In this document: positions 50,501 to 58,636 of the stretch, one piece after another | Position numbering within the stretch: the stretch's first letter is position 1 | Layout of the letters: the number at the start of each line of letters is the position of its first letter | Origin: Hemiscyllium ocellatum | Taxonomy: Eukaryota | Direction of reading: 5' to 3' | Assembly (NCBI RefSeq): GCF_020745735.1 | Contig: NC_083435.1 | Coordinates: 38,713,090 to 38,777,089 of the forward strand | DNA length: 64,000 nt | Translations under genes and position numbers: made by a program | The notes under the pieces: generated by a model | Seen by the model: only the letters and a program-made list of their open reading frames with translations | Database searches by the model: none | Told to the model about the DNA's origin: nothing

Positions 50501-53500
50501 GCTGTACATGAAGGCTTGGCTCCCCCATGAGGTCCAGCCCATGCACACTGCCATAATCTGGTCCCAGAGCTTCATCCTCATACAGTGAATCAGCCTCTTC
50601 AGTGAGGTCGGGCCCACCCTGGAGGTTAGGCCAATGCACAGGAGTTGAGGCAGGACAGGTAACAAGTTCAGTCCAAACAGCTGCCCATGGAATAAAGAAT
50701 AAGTCCCATCGCCAAACTGCCTCTTTCACTCCCACATCTTCTCCAAAATAACTGTACGGCTGGTTGTAACTAACCAGCTGAAAAGCCAGTTTCCCAAGGA
50801 AAAGGAATAAAGCCAGCCAGCTTAAAGTCAGTGCCTCAAGAAGGAAACAAATACAGGTCCATTAAAAGGAAGAAGGACCCACCATACCACTGACTGTGGC
50901 CAGCCAGCTCAAGAGCCAGTTCCCCAAGAGTAAGCACACAAAAAAAAACCCAGGACTGGCTGTGGACAGCCAGCTCGGAGTCAGTCACCTGACCTGAGAA
51001 AATGCTAAATCTCTTGGTTATTTTTTTTTGCAGGAACACACTGACTGTAGCAGCAGCCAGCATAGAGTCAGTCCCCCCGAACTCAGGCAATTCTAAATCT
51101 CTTGGTTGTATTTGCTTTTTTTAAAAACAGAGAGAACTCTAAATCTCCTGATTATTCTTCTCTTGTTATATACTTTTCTTTTTTTTGTTTCTTTTCCTTA
51201 CCCTCACACTACCACCTCACTGCGGGAGTGCTTATATTTTCTCCAGCACCCATGGTGTGTGTGCAGGTGTGAAACACAGTGAGAGACAACAGGTGTACGA
51301 ATCTTTGTTCAGTTTACACCACCAGGAAGATAGGAAAACACCCGGGTGGCCTGTGACAAGCAGTGCCCTTCACATCAAAGGGCAATGCTGCGTGATCAAA
51401 CAGTGAAGGGGAGGGCAGGGACTAAATCAAAATAGAGTTGGAGGGGGAAATTAGATTTGATTAGATTAGATGAGTTACAGTGTGGAAATAGGCCCTTCAG
51501 CCCAACAACTCCACAATGACCCGCCAAAGCACAACCCACCCAGACCCACTTCCCTACATTTACCCCTTCACCTAACACTACGGGCAATTTAGCATGACCA
51601 ATTCACCTAACCTGCACAGTTTTGGACTGTGGGACGGAGCACCCAAAGGAAATCCACACAGACACGGGGAGAATATGCAAACTCCACACAGTCAGTTGCC
51701 TGAGGCGGGAATTAAACCCAGGTCTCTGACGCTGTGAGGCAGCAGTACCAACTACTGTGCCACCGTGCCGCCCACTAATAAAACACTCCATCCCCTGCGG
51801 TGCCCACCTCTCCCTGAACAGCTCGAGGGAGTTGATGAACACCACGTGCTCCTTCTCCAGGGACACCCAGGCTCAGACATTGCTGCAGAAGTGGGGATCT
51901 CCTGGTTATATTGGTCAGCCAAGGTTTTCCTGATTAACAATCCAATCAACAACCTCATAGTCAATGAGGTCCACCATGTCCTAATCACTACACTAACTGT
52001 AACTTCCATTGTTAAAATATTTGTTTAAACCTCTACCATTTACAATTATTAATTTCCAAATATTACCCTGTCAGCTTCATATAGCTTCTCTTTCACTTGT
52101 TTATAAATTTGTAAAAACTCTTATTTCCTTTTTTTCTATTTCCCTTTTTTAAATCATACTTTGCTAGTTTGAAAGATTTTCCCAATCTACCAGTCCATCA
52201 CCAATCTTTATGTCATTCCGTGCCTTTTCATTCTATTTGAAATCACCCTTAACTTCTTTAGTTAACCACAGTTGGTGTATAGTTTTCATAGGGTCTTTCT
52301 TTCTTATTAATATATATGTTTTATATTTATATATATAAAACAATTATAGATTTAACAAATATTCTATAACTATTTGCTACTGTATCTCTAACATTTAAAG
52401 CTATTTCCCAGTCTACTTTAGCCAACTTTCTCTTCACACCATTGTGATGATCTTTGTTTTAGTTTAAGACATTAGTTTTAAACTCTCACTTCTCACCTTC
52501 AAACAATGTGAAGTTAAATTATATTATGATCACTCATATGTAAAAGATTCTTTACTGTGAAGTAATTATCAATGCTATGTCATCACAAACTGCTTGGTCT
52601 GAAATAGCCTGCTCCATGATTAGTTCCAATGAGTGTATTTATCTAAGAAACTGTCCTGACTACATTCTATAAGCTCCTTCTCAGGATACGATTTGATTAG
52701 TTCAATCTATATTCAGATTAAAATCACTCAGGATCCTCGCAGTACATTTCTCACAAGTCCCCATCCTCCACACCCACCTAAAAATCTTGATTTATACTGT
52801 TCCTACGGCAGCCGTCTGCAAGGGAGCCTAAAAAATAAATCCCTTGTTATTTCCCTGGTTATTTTTTCCCTCTATGCAAACTATGTCTATATCTTGATTC
52901 TCCAAATGTCATTAGTCACATTTATGCTGATCTCAACTTTGATTCCATGTCTTGCTATTTTTGCTATCAATTCATCTATTTTGTTAGGAATACTGTGTCT
53001 CATTCTCTGTGTGATTAGATCCATGCACATATACGCATATGCACTCTGCTCCTGCAGCCTCTTTAAAATTGTGCCTTTTATTTTATATTGTCTATTCACA
53101 TTCTTCCACATAGTGGCCAGTGGATATTGAAATTTTTTTAACATTAGCTTTATAATAAAGTTTGTTTTATCGAGTATAGAACATATCGTAAAAATAGTTC
53201 ATGTACCTTCGGTGCACATATCAACACTAACAATTAGACTTAACTTGGTTAGCATGGGCAGCAAACTTTATATTGCAACATTTAAATATATGACTGTTTA
53301 ATCCACTTTCCATTATGCCACACACTGAGACCATTATATTCACCCTGTAAACATGAACAAATTTCTTACAGATAGCAGCAATTGTCCAGAATTAATGTAT
53401 AACATTTTTTTTGTTGGATTCACATTATGCTTCATATTCTAGCCTCTTGCTCTTCTTCTTTCAATGTTCTTTCAAATATCCAGGCCTAAAGCTCTGGAAT

Positions 53501-56394
53501 TCCATCCTTACACTCTTCACCCTATTTACTTCACATTCTTCATTTCAGAAGCTCCTTAAAATATTCCATTTGACCACGCTTTTGTTCATGTCACCTAATA
53601 CCCCTTTTTTCATACATGTTACTCTATTTTATTCACCACAAAGGACTTTGCAGTGTTTTATTACATTAAAGTTGTCATATTTGTGCAAGCTATTTTTATA
53701 GCCACAGACTATAACCATTTCTGCCAGGTGGGTATTCATGTTCTTCAAATAAAACAGAAAATGCTAAAAATACTCAACAAGGCTGAGAATATCTATGGAG
53801 ATATTGGACTGGATTTCCCTCTCCCAGAATTTAAATCAAAGCCAAGATCCTGCCTCTGTCACGAGCCTGCCAGGGAACAGGATAACCAAGTAATCAGGAT
53901 TTTAACCATCGATGAAACTGACAGAATGTGCTATTAGAGGCAGGATAATTCTAGTGTGGGCAGGAACATCTGTTTCAGGTTTTAAACTAAATAGTTGGGG
54001 CCAATTTGGGAAGATGTGTTGTAGCAAAGGTAGAGTCAAGGGAAGTGATAATAGCATTTATATGGTAAATGATAAACAGACCAGAACAGGAAGGCATTTG
54101 ATTATAAATCCAAGAGTAAATCAGTTGATAAGGTTAAAGGTAGCAAAAATGATATAAGGACAAAACTAAAAGCTTCATACTGGAATGCACATAGCATTGA
54201 AAATAAAACAAATGAACAAATGAATAAGCGTCGCTCCTCTCCTCCGAAAGCTAGTGCTTCCAATTAAACCTGTTGGACTATAACCTGGTGTTGTGTGATT
54301 TTAACTTTGTCCACCCCAATCCAACACTGGCATCTCCAAATCATAATCTGATAGTGATTGTAAAGGGATGGAATGGGACCTGAATTCTGAAGAGTGCACA
54401 ATATTTAGGAAGGATAGGAAACTTGGAAAAGGTGGAGGAGTGGCTCTGTTATCTAAGGCTGTTATTAGCAGAACAGAGTGAGATCACCTACATGCAGCAA
54501 GTGGTCTGAATGGAAATGAGAAATGATGAATACAATCAGTCACTTCAACCAAGTCTATACTATTTTTGCAAGGTTTGTGAAAGTTTGTAGCTCAGGTTGG
54601 GGTTTAGGGTGTAGGTTTGCTCACTGAGCTGTAGGTTTGATATCCAGACATTTCATTACCTGGCTAGGTAACATCATCAGTGGTGACCTCCAAGTGAAGC
54701 GAAGCTGTTGTCTCCTGCTTTCTATTTATATGTTTGTCCTGGATGGGGTTCCCGGGGTTTGTGGTAATGTCATTTCCTGTTCATTTTCTGAGGGGTTGAT
54801 AGATGGGATCTAGATCTATGTGTTTGTTTATGGCGTTGTTATTGGAGTGCCAGGCCTCGAGGAATTCTCTGGCATGTCTTTGCTTAGCCTGTCTCAGGAT
54901 AGATGTGTTGTCCCAGTCGAAATGGTGTTTTTTTTCATCCGTGTGTAGGGCTACGAGGGAGAGAGGGTCGTGTCTTTTTGTGGCTAGCTGGTGTTCGTGT
55001 ATCCTGGTGGCTAACTTTCTTCCTGTTTGTCCTACGTAGTGTTTGTGGCAGTCCTTGCATGGAATTTTGTAGATGACATTGGTTTTGTCCATGGGTTGTA
55101 CTGGGTCTTTTAAGTTTGTTAGTTTTTGTTTGAGAGTGTTGGTGGGTTTGTGTGCTACTAGGATTCCGAGGGTCTTAGTAGTCTGGCTGTCATTTCTGAA
55201 ATTTCTTTGATGTATGGTAAGGTGGTTAGGGTTTCTGGCTGTGTTTGGTCTGCTTGCAAGAACATACCACGACATCAGCAATTACCTTATTTAATGGCTG
55301 AATAGCTTCAAGGGGTTAATTGCCTACTCCTGCTTCTAACTCCTATGTTTCTATGTATAATGAGCATTACATTAAATATAATTCCAGGTTAGGTAATTTT
55401 TAAAAATACAGATTCTATTCATACCATCCTTAGCAGTTGTACTATGCAAAATTGTTTATAAAAATAGGCGGATAAACCTGTTAAGTAGCTTTCAATGTGT
55501 ATTATTTTAACAGACCTAATACACAGCTTAACAAAAATCAAATTTCATGACATTAAAGTCGAGTTAAAGATGTTTTTAACCAGAAGATGTATTTGAAAGC
55601 TAATGGCTTTGTGCAATAAAGCAATAATTAGTATTTAAACCTGCCAAATTCTGAGAAAAGAAAACTATGTTTATTCTGAACTCTCCCATCCACTGCAGAA
55701 CATTGATACCCTGTTGAAAATAAAAACAAAAGACAGGCTCTTTATGATTCCCCCCTCTCACCCCCCCCCCCCCCCCCCGCCCCCAAAACACCATGATGTA
55801 AATGAGCTCCTTAATGGGATGATGACCTGTTCAGGGCATAGTCTCCCACCCTCACTATTGGGAAAATGCAGAAAGGCAGAGACTGGTCAGCATAGTGACC
55901 ATATTGTTCATCATTTCACTTCCATTCTAGAAGAATTTCCAGCTTGTTTTTCTCCCTGAATTGCTCAGTTTCCGCCTGTAGATGTATTGCTTTGTTTTCC
56001 AAATCTCCAATGTATTGGAGCAAGGTTTTGCAACAGTCATGTGAATTTATTATTTTCATCAAATGTTAATGATTATAGAGTCATAGAGATTTACAGTACA
56101 GAATAAGGCCCTTCACCCCATTGTGTCCATGCTGGTCAAAAATAATCCCATAACTTTTCTAATCCCATTTCCAGCACTGGTCCATACTCTTGTAAGCCTC
56201 GGCACATGCTATGAGAGACTCATTCTTCTTCTGCCTCTTTCTTTACAGAACCTGAAGTACCTGAGGAACAGTCTGGTCCTGGGACAGTGATCTGTGTTCT
56301 GGGAATTATCCTGGGAATTATCAGTGCTGTTGTGGGAGTCATCTTACTGATTAAAGAGAGACAGAGGCTGCAGGCTCAGCAACATGGCATCTAG
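2475..56394 (+). CDS. DAA-like: MHC class II alpha chain gene, spliced CDS join(2475-2541,17826-18074,29605-29886,56249-56394), 247 aa
   Basis: Four exons with GT-AG phase-1 junctions join into one open frame: [68 protein letters not shown]...[41 protein letters not shown]...[66 protein letters not shown]. Exon sizes of 249 and 282 nt match class IIA genes. Resemblance to nurse shark class IIA is from memory, and the lineage name is not established. Confidence 0.96.
2911..3215 (-). mobile_element. HE1 SINE
   Basis: Reverse complement of the HE1 consensus, older copy. Confidence 0.85.
3494..3673 (-). mobile_element. HE1 SINE (partial)
   Basis: Head and V-core present. Confidence 0.8.
3940..4620 (-). 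mobile_element. Old L2-like LINE remnant
   Basis: Degraded similarity to L2 RT/3' region; similar remnants at about 5850-6260 and 53380-53680. Confidence 0.45.
8796..8998. mobile_element. Fold-back PLE family A mini-element, perfect 82-bp inverted repeat
   Basis: TSD gcaattgtacagg (8783-8795 / 8999-9011); arms 8830-8911 and 8919-9000; loop CTGATGA. Confidence 0.9.
9355..9641 (+). mobile_element. HE1 SINE (older)
   Basis: A/B boxes and V-core. Confidence 0.8.
10250..11170 (-). mobile_element. CR1 LINE fragment
   Basis: RT motif remnants ([11 protein letters not shown]) and 3' tail. Confidence 0.75.
10674..10908. mobile_element. Fold-back PLE family B mini-element (both hammerheads degraded)
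   Basis: TSD ctacccaagac (10663-10673 / 10909-10919); inverted arms. Confidence 0.8.
11888..12637 (-). mobile_element. Young CR1 LINE 3' fragment nested in Tx1
   Basis: [13 protein letters not shown]...[16 protein letters not shown] plus tail. Confidence 0.9.
13390..13600. mobile_element. Fold-back PLE family A mini-element, perfect 88-bp inverted repeat
   Basis: TSD ctgcgacaggactttga (13373-13389 / 13601-13617); arms 13423-13510 and 13516-13603; 5-nt loop. Confidence 0.9.
13485..13518 (-). ncRNA. Hammerhead motif (family A) at the turn of a fold-back element
   Basis: Minus strand: UUC-CUGAUGA-A-GGGC-UUAU-GCUC-GAAAC-GUC^GAA. Confidence 0.7.
16765..17130 (+). mobile_element. PLE family A 3' fragment with degraded hammerhead (about 16995-17030)
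   Basis: Pyrimidine-rich 3' UTR, cctgatgaaaggcttatgcctgaaatgtc, tail. Confidence 0.75.
17430..17535 (+). mobile_element. PLE-type tail (family E) with degraded hammerhead at 17437-17472
   Basis: GTT-CTGCAGA-A-GGGTC-ACTG-GACCA-GAAAC-GTT-AAC; stem I GUU/AAC retained. Confidence 0.6.
17826..18074 (+). CDS. MHC IIA exon 2 (alpha1 peptide-binding domain)
   Basis: (CT)n-cacag acceptor; 249 nt; motif [22 protein letters not shown]; donor T|GTAAGA at 18075. Confidence 0.97.
18205..18374. mobile_element. Fold-back PLE family A mini-element 130 bp downstream of exon 2
   Basis: TSD tctggtcacagtaaa (18190-18204 / 18375-18389); 43-bp arms with 1 mismatch; the loop holds a minus-strand hammerhead with GAAA>GAAT. 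Confidence 0.88.
18481..18799 (-). mobile_element. Young HE1 SINE
   Basis: Full length with (GATTA)n tail. Confidence 0.92.
19069..19390 (-). mobile_element. Young HE1 SINE
   Basis: Full length; probable TSD cacataagat / cacaaaagat. Confidence 0.92.
19465..19965. mobile_element. PLE family A fragment with inverted 5' part
   Basis: Minus-strand GIY-YIG C-terminus at about 19470-19720, then a plus-strand tail with a partial hammerhead at about 19834-19870. Confidence 0.75.
20590..22150 (-). mobile_element. PLE (family B tail) with RT remnant
   Basis: [10 protein letters not shown]...FHPTIKLT...SFLDT is the PLE RT signature; degraded family B hammerhead at about 20672-20709. Confidence 0.8.
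22797..22836 (-). ncRNA. Minimal hammerhead motif (PLE family C), intact
   Basis: Minus strand: GCA-CUGAGGA-U-GUC(A)CCU-AGAA-AGG(G)GAC-GAAAC-GUC^UGC. Confidence 0.8.
23971..28521 (+). mobile_element. 5'-truncated L1 LINE with complete ORF2 region
   Basis: TSD aaaacactacata (23958-23970 / 28522-28534); AATAAA at 28504 followed by poly(A). Confidence 0.93.
24390..28196 (+). pseudogene. L1 ORF2 (APE endonuclease-RT-CCHC), disabled
   Basis: [32 protein letters not shown] and CPKC..HC motifs. Frameshifts at about 24570 (T run) and 28030 (C run); nonsense codons ending at 25033, 25093 and 25537. Confidence 0.92.
28861..28900 (+). ncRNA. Hammerhead motif (family C), one C>T in stem III
   Basis: GCA-CUGAGGA-U-GUCACCUAGACAGGGGAC-GAAAU-GUC^UGC. 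Confidence 0.7.
29075..29460 (+). mobile_element. Old PLE-type 3' end (family F) with degenerate hammerhead at 29406-29441
   Basis: TTGTC-CTGATGA-ATGCAAAAT-GAAA-AGCTTT-GAGAA; AAGCTT palindrome. Confidence 0.5.
29605..29886 (+). CDS. MHC IIA exon 3 (alpha2 Ig C1 domain)
   Basis: tctctcccacacag acceptor; 282 nt; PNTLIC..FYPP..W..YSCHVEH..W motifs; donor G|GTTAGT at 29887. Confidence 0.97.
30434..30667. mobile_element. Fold-back PLE family B mini-element with two inverted hammerheads
   Basis: Arms ttaaaaatcacacaacacc...aaccac / reverse; imperfect TSD tcacaattatt / tcgcaaatatt. Confidence 0.82.
30542..30582 (+). ncRNA. Minimal hammerhead motif (PLE family B), intact, sense to the MHC gene
   Basis: AACCAC-CUGAUGA-A-GGAGC-AGU-GCUCC-GAAAG-CUA^GUGCUU. 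Palindromic AGCU stem III; stem I 5 of 6 pairs. Confidence 0.78.
31456..32715 (-). mobile_element. Young CR1 LINE 3' part (RT)
   Basis: [39 protein letters not shown]. Confidence 0.92.
32802..32901. mobile_element. 100-bp PLE family A mini-insertion (inverted hammerhead arm plus 25-nt tail)
   Basis: TSD ttttctgctatgaa (32788-32801 / 32902-32915). Confidence 0.85.
32839..32874 (-). ncRNA. Hammerhead motif (family A), near intact
   Basis: Minus strand: AUUC-CUGAAGA-A-GGGC-UUAU-GCCU-GAAAC-GUC^GAUU. Confidence 0.65.
33010..34165 (+). mobile_element. Old CR1 3' fragment containing an HE1 SINE (33445-33797, minus)
   Basis: CR1 C-terminal motifs on both sides of the SINE. Confidence 0.7.
35390..38400 (-). 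mobile_element. Degraded endogenous retrovirus: RNase H-integrase plus env-like region
   Basis: Minus-strand remnants [12 protein letters not shown] (38327-38362), [13 protein letters not shown] (37992-38030), [11 protein letters not shown] (37850-37882), [10 protein letters not shown] (36800-36830) and PYHPQNSG (36701-36724). Acceptor ttttgttttgcag at about 36395, then ATG and a hydrophobic segment near 35600-35680. Confidence 0.75.
36896..37847. mobile_element. PLE family D with inverted arm, inserted in the ERV integrase
   Basis: TSD aatgcttctaccc / aatgcttgtaccc (36883-36895 / 37848-37860); GIY-YIG remnant; degraded hammerheads on both arms. Confidence 0.82.
38700..39052 (-). mobile_element. 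PLE family A 3' fragment carrying the intact hammerhead
   Basis: TSD gaagggattccaaaga (38684-38699 / 39052-39067). Confidence 0.88.
38793..38828 (-). ncRNA. Minimal type-I hammerhead ribozyme motif (PLE family A), intact
   Basis: Minus strand: AUUC-CUGAAGA-A-GGGC-UUAU-GCCC-GAAAC-GUC^GAAU. Stem I AUUC/GAAU, stem II GGGC/GCCC, palindromic ACGU stem III. Confidence 0.85.
42025..43460 (-). mobile_element. CR1 5' region with ORF1 SGNH-esterase remnant
   Basis: IVLGDSLV and [11 protein letters not shown] motifs. Confidence 0.8.
43570..43900 (+). mobile_element. Young CR1 3' fragment (different subfamily)
   Basis: [15 protein letters not shown]; (ttcta)n tail. Confidence 0.8.
44459..45205 (-). 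mobile_element. PLE family A with GIY-YIG C-terminus
   Basis: [20 protein letters not shown]; hammerhead with a 1-nt deletion at about 44550-44588. Confidence 0.85.
45950..49545 (+). mobile_element. CR1 ORF2 remnant (APE-RT) interrupted by a solo LTR
   Basis: [36 protein letters not shown]. Confidence 0.85.
48297..49093. mobile_element. Solo LTR
   Basis: TGTAATG...GTAGCA termini; 4-bp TSD GGTC/GGTG; CR1 sequence resumes after it. Confidence 0.75.
49651..49704 (+). repeat. 15-bp tandem repeat (catctgccccaatgt) x3.5
   Basis: Directly visible. Confidence 0.85.
49870..51155 (-). mobile_element. Gypsy-type LTR with internal repeats of about 65 bp and a nested Tx1/L1 3' fragment
   Basis: Same LTR end as 39332; unit ggctgtggccagccagctcggagtcagtc...aattctaaatctcttggtt at about 49936, 50951 and 51041. 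Confidence 0.6.
51170..51995 (-). mobile_element. Tx1-like 3' end with a nested HE1 SINE (51451-51773)
   Basis: [19 protein letters not shown]-terminus, 3' UTR and A-rich tail. Confidence 0.75.
52030..54540. mobile_element. Old CR1/L2 fragments and a truncated PLE family B tail (about 54235-54345)
   Basis: Degraded similarity only. Confidence 0.5.
54565..55262 (-). mobile_element. PLE family D 3' part (GIY-YIG)
   Basis: [21 protein letters not shown]...REFLEAWHS. Confidence 0.88.
54644..54683 (-). ncRNA. Hammerhead motif (family D), two CpG-decay wobbles
   Basis: Minus strand: CCA-CUGAUGA-U-GUUACCU-AGCC-AGGUAAU-GAAAU-GUC^UGG. Confidence 0.65.
56249..56394 (+). CDS. MHC IIA exon 4 (connecting peptide, TM, cytoplasmic tail, stop)
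   Basis: Pyrimidine tract plus ttacag acceptor; [21 protein letters not shown] with class IIA C/G spacing; TAG at 56392-56394 followed by GG|GTAAGT donor. Confidence 0.95.
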
Positions 56395-56809
56395 GGGTAA
56401 GTACAGGGTGCAGTGTCTGTGTGTACAATTAGTGCTCTTGGAAGAGTAAACATTCATTCAGTTATGCAACAAGACAACTATGTGCAATTAGAATGAAGGC
56501 TCAATCAGACTATTCCTGACTGTTGGTCAATGCACCCTGGCAGCAATGTGCACAGATACGGACAAGCCAAAACCAGATTTTATACCCATGTTAATACATG
56601 ACAGATGAACAGTTGGTACTTGGATAAAGTGCTGAGCTCAACCTTCAGAAGACCATAATAATGTTTGGCGGAGAGTCTAGACTCTCATAAAAGGAACAAC
56701 ATTATACCCAAAAGCTGAACAGTCGTGTTTTTTTCTCTTTATTGACATTTACATGAGGTTCTAATCTGCTGTAATTTTTGAGATCTGTTTTGTTAATGGT
56801 TTGTGTTTT

Positions 56810-58620
56810 GTTTTTAATTTGTGAGATGTTGGTGTTGTTTCCTGGTCAGCATTTATTGCCTATCCCTAGTTGCCCTTGAGAAGGTGGTGCTGAGCTACCT
56901 TCTTGAACTGCTGCAGTTCATGTGCTGTGGGTTGACCCACAATGTCATTAAGGAGGGAATTCCTGGAATTTGACCCATGACAATGAAGGAACGGCAACAT
57001 ATTTCCAAATCAGGATGGTGAGTGGCTGACAGGGGAACTTGAAGGTGGCCGTGTTCCCGTATATCTGCTGCCCTTGTCCATGTAGATGAAAGTGGCCGTG
57101 GGATTTGAAAGTGCTGTCTGAAGATCTTTGGTGAATTTCTGTATCATCTTGTAGGTAGTATTCACTGTTGCTACTGAATATCAATTAAATGGGCTGCTTT
57201 GTCTTGAATTGTGTCAAGCTTTTTGAGTGTTGTTGGAGCAGTACTTATCCAGGCAAGAGGGGAGTATTCCATCACAATCCTGACGTGTTCCTTGTAGATG
57301 GTGGACAGGCTTGGAGATTCAGGAAATGAGTTACTTGCTGCAGTATTCCTAGCCTCAAAGCTGCTCTAGTAGCTACAGTGTTTATGTGGCAAGTCCAATT
57401 CAGTTTCTGGTCAATGTTATGCCCCTACACGATGTTGGTAGTGGGGGATTCAGTGATGATAACACCATTAAATGTCAAAGTGCAGTGATTAGATTGTCTC
57501 TTGTTGGTGATGGTCATAGCCTGCCATTTGTGTGGCATGAATGTTACTTATCACTTGTCAGCCCAAGCCTGAATATTGTCCAGATTTTGTTGCATTTGAA
57601 TATGGACTGCTTCAGTATCTGAGGAGACGTGACTATTGCTGAACACTGTGCAATCATCAGCGAACATTTCTGCTTCTGACAATATGATGCAGGAAAGGTC
57701 ATTGATGAAGCAGCTGAAGATGGTTTGGCCTAAGACACTATCCTGAGGGACTCCTGCAAAGATGTCCTGGAGCTGAGATGACTGACTGTCCACAACCACA
57801 ATATTTTCCGATGTGTCAGGTATAACTGTGGCCAGTGGAGCATTCCCCCTGCCCCGATTATTATTGATTTGAATTTTGTGAGGGATCCTTGAAGCCACAT
57901 TTAGTCGAATGTGGCTTTGATGTCAAGAGCTGTCACTCTCACCTCACCAAGTTAGGCCAAGGCTGTAATGAGGTCAGGAGCTGAGTGGCCCTACTGGAAC
58001 CCAAACTGGGCGTCACTGAGCAGGTTATTGCTAAGCAGGTACTGCTTGATAGCACTGGTGGTGATGGTCTTCCACCACTTTACTGATGATCGGGTGTAGA
58101 CTGATGGGGTAATAATTGGCCAGGTTGGATTGGTTCCACTTTTTGTGTAAAGGACATAGCTGGGCAATTTTTCACATTGTCAGATAGATGACAATGTGAA
58201 AACTGTACAGGAACAGCTTGGCTAGGAGAGTGGCAAATTCTGGAGCACACGTCTTCAGTAATATTGTCGGAATGTTGTCAGGACCCGTAGCCTTTCCAGT
58301 ATCCAGTGTCTCCAGACATTTCTTGACACCACATGGAGTGAATCAAATTAGCTGAAGACTGGTGTCTGTAATGCTACAGAACCAATGGAGGAGGCTGATA
58401 TCACTCAGTACTTCTGACTTAAGATTGCTGCAAAAACTTCAGCTTTATCTTTTGCACTGATGTAATGGACTCTTCCATCATGGAAAATGGTGACATTTGT
58501 GGAGCCTTTTCCTCCAGTTTAATTGACTACCACCAAGTGGCAAGACTTCAGAGCTTACATCTGATCTACTGGTTGTGGGATCGCTTAACTCTATCACTTC
58601 CTGCTAATGCTGTTTGGCAT
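56810..58620 (-). mobile_element. Second CR1-like LINE family (further pieces at 35195-35385, 60236-60900 and 61430-61760)
   Basis: GVPQDSVLGQTIFSCFINDL, MFADDC, VGDFN; shared 3' tail. Confidence 0.75.
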
Positions 58621-58636
58621 GCAAGTAGTCCTGATC

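Noticed and set aside
2475-56394. DM-alpha or W-category (WA) identity
   Set aside because: Alpha1, alpha2, TM spacing and tail look like ordinary shark class IIA, and DM is not known from cartilaginous fish. Formal exclusion needs a phylogeny.
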